The notes under the pieces: generated by a model
The model's database searches: none
What the model saw: the letters and a program-made list of their open reading frames with translations, nothing else
Told to the model about the DNA's origin: nothing
In this document: piece by piece, positions 35,901 to 46,027 of the stretch
Position numbering within the stretch: the first letter of the stretch is position 1
Layout of the letters: every line of letters begins with the position of its first letter
DNA from: Ramazzottius varieornatus
Taxonomy: Eukaryota; Animalia; Tardigrada
Direction: 5' to 3'
Assembly (NCBI GenBank): GCA_001949185.1
Contig: BDGG01000003.1
Coordinates: 2,359,663 to 2,423,662, forward strand
Length of the DNA: 64,000 nt
Made by a program: the position numbers and the translations under genes

Positions 35901-37216
35901 GAGTAAGCCAAAAACCTTATACCGAAATATGTTCTGATTAACCTAACTTCCGTCTGTGATTTACTATTGCGGTTCAGCCTTTTTGCAAGTGTTTCTCCCG
36001 TACGGCGACTCCAAAATTGGCTGCTTTTCTACGCTAGTTTTTGTGTTTTTCCCTGTGCGGTTTGACTCGTGGACGACTTCTGGCCTTTCCTGATCGAAGT
36101 ATTGTCTTTCCAGTATGGCCATGAATCCATTCAAGCACGTGGTGATTAGTACCGGCGCTGACGGACAGTGGAAAGCTTGGAATGTCAAAGCGATGGGGAA
36201 GGTCGCCATGAAAGGAACCGGACATAACGGCGCCATTGCGCGTTGTGAATACCATCCAGGTGGCGCCTACTTCGCCACAGGCGGCATGGACCAACTGATC
36301 AACTTCTGGAACAGCGATGACGGAAGCCTGAAACTTCAGCTAAAACATTCCATAGCTGTCACCTCCATGTCGTTTCATTCGACTGGAGACTTCTTGTTGA
36401 GTGGATGTAGTGATGGCTCTGTGTCGTTGTGGGACACCAACAGCAACCGGTGCCGAAGTCACCTTTGTCGATGGAACAAGATTAAGAACATTCACGAAGG
36501 GTCCATTGCAGACTGTCAAATTTTGTCGTATTCGAACAACGCGATTACAGCTTCGGAAGATGGACAAGTCACCTTGTGGGACCTTCGTACCGTAAGCCTT
36601 TTGTCCGCTAACCCAAAGACTCCTCCTTTGGTGCGGAGACAAAAATAACGTACAAGATCGTTATGTAAAGTGGCGCACGGTTACATTGTTGTTGGATGAA
36701 GACGTGCGCCACTTAGAACACGATCTTGTACGCTTTGTTTGCCGGCCTCCCAGCTGAACTACTTTTCTTTTTCAGGAATCAAGTCAGCTTATCCTGAAGC
36801 AAACTCATCCGATCAAGAACGCTAAAGTAGCGACGAACGTAAGTCTCCTATTCACTTTCATGCGGCTTGTGATCTTACTAGTACTTGAATGTTTCTTCCA
36901 GGGTTTGGTCATGGGTACCACGACGAAATACGGTTCCGAGCTGAAGTTATGGGACCTTCGGAAGTTAGACGGGACTACGCCGCTGTCGGTGGCCAACTAC
37001 GCCCCGCAGCTGATCTGCGATTTCAACTTCGACTCTTCACGTCATATGGTGGCTTTCGCTTTGAACAACGGTCAAGTGAATTTTTGGGACGTAAAGTCTG
37101 GGACTAGTACGGTCTATCCAGCTCATACGGCCAGCGCTGTGAAGGTTACTTGGGATATTTGGGGTGAATACTTAATCAGTGGCGACGAGGAAGGAAACAC
37201 TTTCTTATGGAGTTAG
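32910..37216 (+). CDS. SPAG16: SPAG16/PF20-like axonemal central-pair WD40 protein with long N-terminal extension, multi-exon
   Basis: LisH-like MRQYLKDHKM...AQEW, coiled coil (KEYKAAKAAE...), DSTFP motif, then WD40 repeats (MNPFKHVVISTGADGQWKAW; GHNGAIARCEYHPGGAYFATGGMDQLINFWN) that parallel SPAG16 as remembered. Confidence 0.72.
33925..33973. repeat. Palindromic element copy 7 (SPAG16 intron)
   Basis: TGAGTGGCGCAC-N25-GTGCGCCACTTG; termini aattggaact...agttccaatt. Confidence 0.9.
35440..35488. repeat. Palindromic element copy 8 (SPAG16 intron)
   Basis: CAAGTGGCGCAC-N25-GTGCGTCACTTG. Confidence 0.9.
36667..36715. repeat. Palindromic element copy 9 (SPAG16 intron)
   Basis: AAAGTGGCGCAC-N25-GTGCGCCACTTA; flanks cgtacaagatcgt / acgatcttgtacg perfectly complementary. 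Confidence 0.9.
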
Positions 37217-37256
37217 TCGTCATTCATTTGTGGGACTTCCTCTGCGGAGCTGAACG

Positions 37257-40200
37257 CTACGGTTCGTTAAGCGAACGAAAATATACTGTGAATAAAACGA
37301 ACACAATGGTCAGGATAGGGAAGAACGCCGGTCTCAGTTGAAGAGCCCCGTTGTAGTTGGGGCAATAGGGGCACTGGAAGGACCCACAGACCTGACATAC
37401 GGTCAGGTAGTACAGCGGATTCGCTTCGTACATCGTCGTGTTGAAACGTTCTGTATAAAAGGAAGACAGATTTTGTAAGGCTAGTGCCTGATTGATGCGG
37501 CAGCTGTTAGTTTACCGGGTGCGTAGTAGTCGTAAGCCTTTAGCGTAATGAAGCGAGTCAAGTTAGCCACAGGATACCATCTACTTGCAAGGACCTCCAC
37601 ACATGTCACACCACCGTCCAGCTAGGAAATTGGAAGGTAAAGTCTCCACCATAAAGGACATAACGCGTGTGAATGAGGCGGGCTTACATAGTCGAGGAAG
37701 AAGCTGACTTTTCCATCGTAGAATTCAGCGTAGCGCAACAGGTGGTTAGGGCGTGTCCCGCAGTAAGCTTCCAGGTCCGGTTGATGGACATAGTAGCCCG
37801 AAGGAATGCCCACCTCGATGACAGCCATGCCGCTTTGTGGGCTTTCGTCCAGTAGTGTCCAGCGAGCGCAGGGTTTGAGAATTAGGATGGAGGCGTTCCA
37901 TCCGGTGTAGATGATGTCCATCCAGACGTCGAAAGCGGCGACGGGAGGTGGCAGAATGTAGCGAACGTGATCGACCGAGTACTCCACGTCTAGCTGCAGT
38001 ATGGCGTAGCCACTTCCTTGTGCGATAGCGCGAAACTGTCCCCATGGCTGTGCCAACTAATCGTACAGGTAGCAAAAGGATGGAAGGAGACTGGTAACAG
38101 AGTTTACAGTCCCAGAGCTTACCAATGACGACTTGATTACGAATGTGTATGCATAGGAAAATTTTTCAGTCAAAATACCCGCGGAATTTTTTTTCAAATC
38201 TTTTTCCTTACCTCTATTTCTTGCAAGGTGGAGAGATTGCTCTGCTTCACATGCAGAACATGTTCGACCGACACCGCTTTGCCCAACTCGTTCGACTGTT
38301 GGTGGTAAATTGTGATGTTGATATCGGTGGCTTCACGAACGTTGGCGAAGTAGGAATGGTGCATCAGTGCCTTAGTTGCGATGTACGTATCCTGTAAGAA
38401 GACTACGGTATCGTTTATGAGTTAAACTTTCTTCGAGAAAGCACCAAGTCGTGAGCAGGGTCGCTAATTAATAATACCGTACCTGGGTGCTGCTGAAGCC
38501 AGTGTTGTGAAGTCTTTGAGCATTCAACCACGCGGCGATTTTTTCAGCCAGAAAACTCCGCCTCAGATTGTACACCATCAGCGCGTAGGAGGTCGCTGCG
38601 ATGTTCGTATTCTCGTACGTTTTCGGAATATGCGCTCGGGTAAGCGGAATATTGTTCCGGAGCTCGAACTCTGGCGGCTGGTTACTTCCATCTCTTCCTT
38701 CTTTCCCCCAATAAATGTACTGATCTAGAAACCACAGTAACAGTTTCCGCAGAGCCTATCACCACACCACGTAAGAAATTTCTACAAAAAATTACCCAGA
38801 GTGTTTTTCAGCCCGTCAAGTTTCTCGAACGCCGCATCCTTCGAAGGACTATTGACGATGGTCAGCGCGTATGTTACAATGGCTATCTCGTAAGGATCAA
38901 ACAGTTGATCCAGTACACGCTCCAAGTAACGCGTTCCCGTCATTTTAGCCGGAATGGTCAGCGAACCCATGCTACCCGAGAAGGAAATGATCTCGTGCAG
39001 ACCAATCACGACTTGGGCCGTCAAGGTGGCGTTGGTCTTGTCCAACCAAGTGCAACCTTCTTCCCATGTGACCCTCGGTTGGCACGTCTAAAATTAAACG
39101 AAAAAATCAGCCATGCGGAAAAGTGGGGAGGCGGATTCGGGGTGGGATAATTACGTGGTAAGACATTTTTCGATCGTAAGGTGCGTAAGCTCGTTCGATG
39201 AAGGCGCCATTGGGCAGCTGGTGCTTGAGTATCCACTTGACGCACTGTTCAGTGATCAGTGGGTCCACGTAGAAATACTCTTCCCAGTCGGCGTACTGGA
39301 GCAGTCTGCGACTTTCTTCGAAGACTTGGATAGTTAAAGTGGTCAACCAGACACTGTTCTGTAGCCCGAGAGTCTCGTTCATGAACTGGTGGAAGGGTCC
39401 GTAGTAATCTTGATAGTTCAGAATGGTCTGATAAACTGTAATAGAGTACGTACTCGTACTTCAGCAGTGCTCGACGAAGACTCTTCAATGAAGGAAAACA
39501 TCTTACAGGCATTCAAAGCGTTGAAGAGCCTTTCCGTATCCGCATCTTTCAGCTGGTTTGTTCTCCGTAGGAAATCGAGCGCGTATAAGTTCATGGCGAA
39601 ACTGAAGACGGACATTTCCCCGCCTTGATGGGGCATTCGCAGCATGGTGTAAGCGTCAATCGTACTCGTCAATACTGGACCAAATACATCACCTGTAAAA
39701 TGTGACAAAAGTGTGTGAAATTGCTCGGCCGGGCGGTAAATCGGAGCCGGGCAATCAAAGGTATAAGATCGTTATCTCAAGTGGCGCACGTTTTCATTGC
39801 CTTGGCTGGAAAGGTGCACCACTTGAGAGAACAATCGTGTACTTTTTGTTTGCTCCGGTCCCAAACATGAGTGTAACAATTTTTACCAACGGCCGAAACG
39901 GAAGCTTTGGGTGAGTTCGCCACGAACAGTCTCTCCAGTTGAAACGGAATACTATCCGGGTGTTGCGTTGAAGCAATATCGAGGTACTTATTCAACATCC
40001 CAGTGATGGTCAAATCAAGCGGTATACTGGTATGAAAGTACTGCTTGATGCCTTCCGGTATGACTTCGATGGTTTTCGTCTGCGTATCTTCCCCCAGCTG
40101 AGTCAGCGCCGTCACTTTGACGTTAATGTTCCCAAGAACTGTCGGGACCACTGGTACATATACCACCGTGGTGGAATCAGCCGCCATCCAGACAGAGTGG

Positions 40201-43200
40201 TGGATACTGCCGGAGACTCGCTGGGCAAAGTAGGACGTGGTGATGCCCAGAGGCCCCACTTCGATAAAGTCGTACTGGTCGGAGCCGTGGAGGATGATCA
40301 GCACCTCGATCTCCTGCTCGTAGTAGTTGAAGAGTGCACAGCGGAGACTGACTTGTTCACCTTGGTGGATACGCTCGGCGGTCTCGACGATCATGTGGAA
40401 GGGCTTGATGCTGTCGAAGGTGACGTGGTAGTCTAGAAGACCCAGGCCGAGGGTCTCGCTCATGCTGACCGCGGAAATGACATAATGGGCGGGCCTTTCT
40501 GGCATTGGCAACTACAGGCAAAACCATTCAAACATTGTACGGGTGCCCGGAAAACAAACTCGACCAGATTAGTTCCTGCAAGTGGCGCACACTTCCAGCC
40601 AATATCAGTTGAAAAATGCGCGACTTGGTAAAACGATCTCGTCGAATTCGATTATTGTACAAGCTCGTCATTCTACAGTCCGTGTTCTTATTCCCGCCTG
40701 TTCTGCGAGGAGTGGACAAGTTTCCGACCGGGAAAAACAGCACTTTGTTGCCACTTTTCTACGCTTTTAACCCAGTGATCATCACAGTTTTACCTTCACA
40801 ATAAAGTGTCCTTCGGGTGAAATGTTACCGCTCGTCCAACAACAATGAAACACATACGTCCTATCCACATGGTTGAATCTGGTCCTCCGGAACTCCAGCA
40901 GTTCCTCATACATCTTCTCGGCCAACCCGCACTGTCCCTCATCCGTTCCATCCTTACAATTCCACACCCCATCGCACTTCTCAGTCTCGTTGTAACATCC
41001 ACCCGACACACAGGACAACTCGCCTAGCTGGGCATCGCAAAACATCTGAGTAAACCGTCCTATGCGCCCATCCGTGAACACAACCAGATCCGCCTGATCG
41101 AAGATACTCCATGTATCTATTCCGTAACTGTTCGTGCCTAAATGGATCGCTGACTCTTCGGCGAACCCTTCCGACGAGAGAAAGCTCATCTTTGGGACAC
41201 TTTGACCGTACTTCAGTTTGCCAGACTGATGCAGGCCTCTCATGATATCGTACCTCGTCCAAGAGTTCAGGCCGGGTGTCAGAGGGTATAATGCGCGGTC
41301 TACTGCGGAGAACCCAATGAACGCTAAAGGGTCGCCTTTGACTATGACTTCGAAAGAGCGCTTGTAGAAGTCTTTGCGGTGGTTGACTGTCAGGGAGAAC
41401 TTGTTGCGGGAGATGCCGTCGACAGGGAAAAGGAACCTATCTGCGATGACTTCGCCTGAGGAGAGAATGTTGAAGACGATCAAGCTGGCTTTCGGTGCCA
41501 TTTCGGCAATGACAGCGATGGAGAACGTAAAGGCTCTGGAGCGGACTTCTTCGGAACCTGATAGAATGACGGAACTTTTGCTGGTGATTATCCAGTAAAT
41601 GGTGTCGAGGAAGTATGATGCGCGAATGTCGAAAATTATATACTGCCCCACCCTCGGACTTCGTGTTTTTGAAGATATCTAGAAGAAATTTGGATACTGC
41701 GCGCAGGGAGCAGGTAAGTTAAATTTCAAACCTGCAGGACATAGTTGGTGTGGGTTTGTCGGCGAAGGACGGTCATGCGGGTCTTGGAAGCATTGGTAAG
41801 CTCGTAAGGCTCAAAGTTTCCGATCCAGAGGTTACCAACGGAAATGGCTTCAACCGCCAGCTCGGCCACACCGAACGGTACGAAGATGTCCAGGAAGAGC
41901 ACGCCATCGTTCGGTACTGCCATAACCTGACTACGGGTATCACCGGTGTTTGCTGCGTCGAAGGTCATCTGTGTCCGGATCTCCACGTTAGTAGGAAGAG
42001 AAGGAAGTGAACCGTCTTGTCTGGACACTCCAAGCTACCGCAAAACGAAGTCGATTAGAACGGAATGAGAGATATGTTTTATTTACTGGCGCACGTTCCC
42101 ATGGTAGAGTGAATGTAAAGTGCGCCAATAGACTGAAGTTAAGAACCTACGTGGGTCGTGAAGACGGTTCCCGGTACGAAGATCTGGGGCAAATCTCCGA
42201 GGAACATCAACCGTAGGCTGTCATTATATACTTTGGTTTGAGAGTAGCCGAATCTCGTTTCGTTGTACCAGTAGTCGAAAACTGAAGCTTTCACCCCGAG
42301 TGTAAAGCCGGCCAGACTGCCATCGGGTGCCCTGCTGCGAAGTTCCTCCATGGAGAACTCAAAATCTTTGACACCCTCAAACTAAACAGAGACCGAATTC
42401 TTTTCATCGAAAAACCTAGAGAAAAGACAATATTCTCCGGCGTACAAATTCGACTTCCTGTGTGAGGCTTTCCAGCCCGTCCCATTCCGGTGCTTCCTTC
42501 TCATCGCCTTCGGATATCAAGAAGACTTCGACGGTAGCATTCCCCGTTGTTGGTTGTCCCCAGGTCAAACTGCAAATTCAGTCGTGTGCTCTTTGTGTTC
42601 AGGTATGGAGAATCGATCAGAAGCTTACTTCGTCTGGACGGAAACGCGGAAAATTACTTCGGTGTCGAATATGATCATGGGCTGTGTCACATTAACCTCT
42701 ATAAGTGGCTGATCTAAAAAAGTTTAATACAAGAGTAGTTCGTTTAGCTGTGACAAATCACATCGGCCGGGTTTCCATGCTTTCGAGCCTCTTTTTCGGC
42801 CCCGTATTTCGCCCCCTAACGAAATTTTCCCCTAACATACTCTGAACCCTAACTGGCAAACCCAACAGCCTCGGACCCGAAGAACTGTTGCCCCGAAAAA
42901 TCAGAGCCAGACCCGAATACCGCTTTCCCCTAACAGCCTCGAACTCGAACAACTTCGAACCCAAAGAACCTCCGACCCGAAGACCTCATTCCCTGAAAAA
43001 CGCTCTCCACTACAGAAATCTTCTGAGAAGCCCCTAATTGCTGCACCGCCAAACAGTTCCAGTAGGTTCGTTCATGCGGAAGATTCCGGTTCTTGATATA
43101 CGTGTAGCTCCCACAGACAGCAATATTACCTTCTGTGGGCGACTTTATAAACTTCACCAAGCTTGGACTGTTGCTGACAACGGAAACAGAAGGCGTCTCC

Positions 43201-45381
43201 CCCGAAGCCACCATAATATCATGAATACTGTCGTTGTCCATGACACAACGTTTCTTCTACAGTATCAACACTGAATTTGAACTAGAAACAGTCAAAAAGA
43301 CTAAGACTGGCGTTAACAGCAGTTTTGTGACGTTTTGTTAGGATCACAATGCGATGTGAAAGCGCGAATAGAAATTGTGCTGCGAGATTCACCACTTGTG
43401 TGTTGGCGCCGCACGCACCGATTCGAACGGCGCAACGGTCTGCTGTGCAAGATCACCCAGCAGGCGGCGCATCGCTTCACTTCCGCGGTCGATTCGAAAG
43501 ATCTTTCCCGTGGCGAATTTGAACGCCTAACATGCCATCGCAAACTTGTCGTTCATTTAGTCAAGGAAAGTAATCGTGGATAAAACAAGGGTAAATTTCG
43601 ATCGTACAGTGTACGACAAAATTAACCGTTAAAAATGGGCATAACAGTGCAGTTGAGCTTATTTACAACTCAGCCAATGAGAATTATATTTCGCTGCATG
43701 CGCAAACTTCATTGGCTTTATCCATCTGGCTCCATCCAACACCCATTTTTGACGGTAATTTTGTCGTAAACTGTATTTGACCATTCCATACGTTTTAGGG
43801 AAGATCGGTTATCGGAGGCGACGTTATTAGGGTTCGTGATTATTAGGAGCGGAAGTTCTTCGCGGCCAAAGTTTTCCGGGAATGAGGACATATTTTAGGG
43901 GCAGGTGTTGTTCGGGTTCGAAGTAGTTAGGGGAAAGAGTTCTTCGGGTCCGAGGTTCTTCGGAGCCACGTTCAGGATGAGCTGGAGTTAGGGTATAACG
44001 TACCCCACCCCTTTTTTTCATGCCTATTCCATCTTTTCAAGTCTTTTTCCAGCGACATTTTCTTCTTGAATAAACTCTCTTGTATTTCCACTATGATTTC
44101 CTTACTGAATTCCTCGACCGAAAACTCGATCTCCTGACTAATCGTTCCTGTTTGCGCTCGCATCTTCCATGTGCCGAACTTGAGTTCTGGCGCAAGCTGG
44201 TACTCGACATTGACAACTCCAAAATTGCTATGCAATGCTGGGTACCGGCGCTGCAGATATCCATCCGGGTTGTAGATGAAAACGTCCACAGCGCCATGGT
44301 ACGGTGTTAGCGACGGCGTCAACGGAATTATCCGACACCGAACTGCAATAAAGTACGACAAAACTTTACCTGTATTGTGAATTCAGTTAGATACGAGAGT
44401 ATTCATCACTTTGATATTACCCATGTCGTCTTGGCGGTAAATAGGCTTCTCAAGACGCATGATAATATTGACGGAAGAGCTTTCAAGTTCAAGTGGCGCA
44501 CGATGTCTGAACGAGGATGTCGTTCCGCCATGTTGAAAGTGACCCTCCAGAACCAGCTCGTAGCTTCCTACTGGCAGCAGTTTCTTCACCTTCAACGAAG
44601 CAAGAAAGAAAGTCGTGAAGCCAGCTTCTGTTTACTTCAAACAACAGAATCAAAAAAATAGAATTAAACAACAAAGGAATTAAGAAAAAAAGGAGGACTT
44701 ATCGTGCAAATGGAGTACAATATACAAAACAATCGAGTATTCGAGGCGTCAGCAACTGAATTGAACATTGTTGTTTTCCCAGGTGGCGCACATTCTCGGT
44801 TAACAACAACGACGAGATGCGCCAGTTGAGATGACGACCATGTTCAGTTTTCATTTCCCATTTGTTCAACAGAAAACTTGCCTTCATCAACAAAACATCC
44901 TGGCTGCCAGGCAAAAACTGGCGCACACCATGTGCCACTGTTGAGGTGTTCCAACGAACCCAAGCACTAAGCTCTAGAGGAGTAACTGCGTCGGCCAAAA
45001 GCACGACGAATATTTTGTACGTTTGCCCGTCGGCGACATTTTTGGAGGCTGCAATGAAGTAACTCCTGGAAGGACACGAGCACGATCGCGAAGAAACATA
45101 TGAGGACAATGACTTTTGTAAAATAACTTTACTCACTGCTTGCTCCTGGGAATCGGAAGCGGTTGGAATAGTAGGGGAGGACCCTCAAAAAATGGCAGAT
45201 GACCCTGGAAGTTCACGTCCAGAGGGAGAGGAGGTTCCACGCCCGGAACCGCAGGGAAAACTTGCGAACTGGTCAAGGTGATGCGGCAGACAGAAACAAT
45301 CACCGTTACCGCAGTATTCCACAGCATCATGGGATAGAACCACTCGGGCGACCCGTTTATGACGTATTTGTTGTAACTCAC
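37257..45381 (-). CDS. Mcr: Macroglobulin complement-related (Mcr/TEP6; A2M/CD109 family), many exons
   Basis: A2M-family MG domains; internal LDLa module (CDAQLGELSCVSGGCYNETEKCDGVWNCKDGTDEGQC); degenerate thioester site (LRMPHQGGEM in place of GCGEQ); receptor-binding domain SGMAVIEVGIPSGY; C-terminal CQVCGSFQCPYCP plus hydrophobic tail. This combination characterises Mcr. Confidence 0.92.
39778..39825. repeat. Palindromic element copy 10 (Mcr intron)
   Basis: CAAGTGGCGCAC-N24-GTGCACCACTTG. Confidence 0.9.
40579..40627. repeat. Palindromic element copy 11 (Mcr intron; reverse spacer orientation)
   Basis: CAAGTGGCGCAC-N25-ATGCGCGACTTG. Confidence 0.88.
42083..42131. repeat. Palindromic element copy 12 (Mcr intron; degenerate, arms largely lost)
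   Basis: TTACTGGCGCAC-N25-GTGCGCCAATAG. Confidence 0.72.
42790..44010 (-). mobile_element. Degenerate Mutator/foldback-like element in the large Mcr intron, with FLYWCH zinc-finger remnant
   Basis: Both ends are built of ~15-bp subrepeats in opposite orientation (cggacccgaagaact at ~42872; agttcttcgggtccg at ~43938). Internal ORF 42930-43241 has FIKSPTEGNIAVCGSYTYIKNRNLPHERTYWNC (FLYWCH-like, truncated). Confidence 0.65.
44780..44828. repeat. Palindromic element copy 13 (Mcr intron; reverse spacer orientation)
   Basis: CAGGTGGCGCAC-N25-ATGCGCCAGTTG; flanks aactgaattgaacat...atgttcagtt. Confidence 0.85.
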
Positions 45382-45452
45382 GGTACCGAAGGTACCACAC
45401 TGAAAGGCGGAAGTAAACTCAAAGTCACCGTTTCCGGTCAGTGAAACAGGAA

Positions 45453-45923
45453 CTGTACACGCACGATGGGTAAGTATGGGACAGTAAAAAGTATGTGACG
45501 GGTCTTTTCGCTACAGCGGCACGGGCAGGTGATTCTTACTAGAAGTAAAAACGAACACTGAAGGATGCTTTGCTGTACGCACGTGCTGAATAGCAGAAAG
45601 CGCGACCTTCAAGGCTTTTTTGGTGTACCGTCGAGGTCGCTTGGTCTTGAAGGGCTGGGACATTATGGGAGCAGAAACGATATGAATTCGAGAGCGTCTC
45701 CGGCAGAAAGTAAATGAACAATCCGCAGCCTCGAAGCGCAACAGTCAAACAGCTGATTGGCTGATGGGTACTAGTGCATGACAATTTTCTTCGGTTAAAT
45801 TTCTCTGTGTTACGTCATATCCTCGATTCTCATTCCTGGCTCGCATTCACGATGTAAATCCGCCGTCCTCCTGCCTATCCCATACTTTTTACTGTCCCAT
45901 ACTTACCCATCGTACGTGTACTG
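45453..45923 (-). mobile_element. Non-autonomous pogo/Tigger-like DNA transposon (internal deletion derivative)
   Basis: ~41-bp TIRs gtacacg(c/t)acgatgggtaagtatgggacagtaaaaagtatg (45455-45495 and 45881-45921); right end reads TA|CAGTACAC on the minus strand. Internal MSQPFKTKRPRRYTKKALKVALSAIQ resembles the start of an HTH_psq domain. Confidence 0.82.
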
Positions 45924-46027
45924 TATTTACATGCACAAGTGTATTGCTACAGCATACGTTCAACGTATTGCGTATCAGTCGCGATATGGAGAACAAGAAT
46001 GGATTCTCCACTGGGTCTCGAAGTTTT

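Noticed and set aside
39608-39645. Missing thioester GCGEQ motif as a novelty
   Set aside because: Loss of the thioester is expected for Mcr/TEP6 orthologs.
44490-44501. CAAGTGGCGCAC half-site
   Set aside because: It lies in an Mcr coding exon (HRAPLE) with no partner arm 25 nt away; treated as chance.
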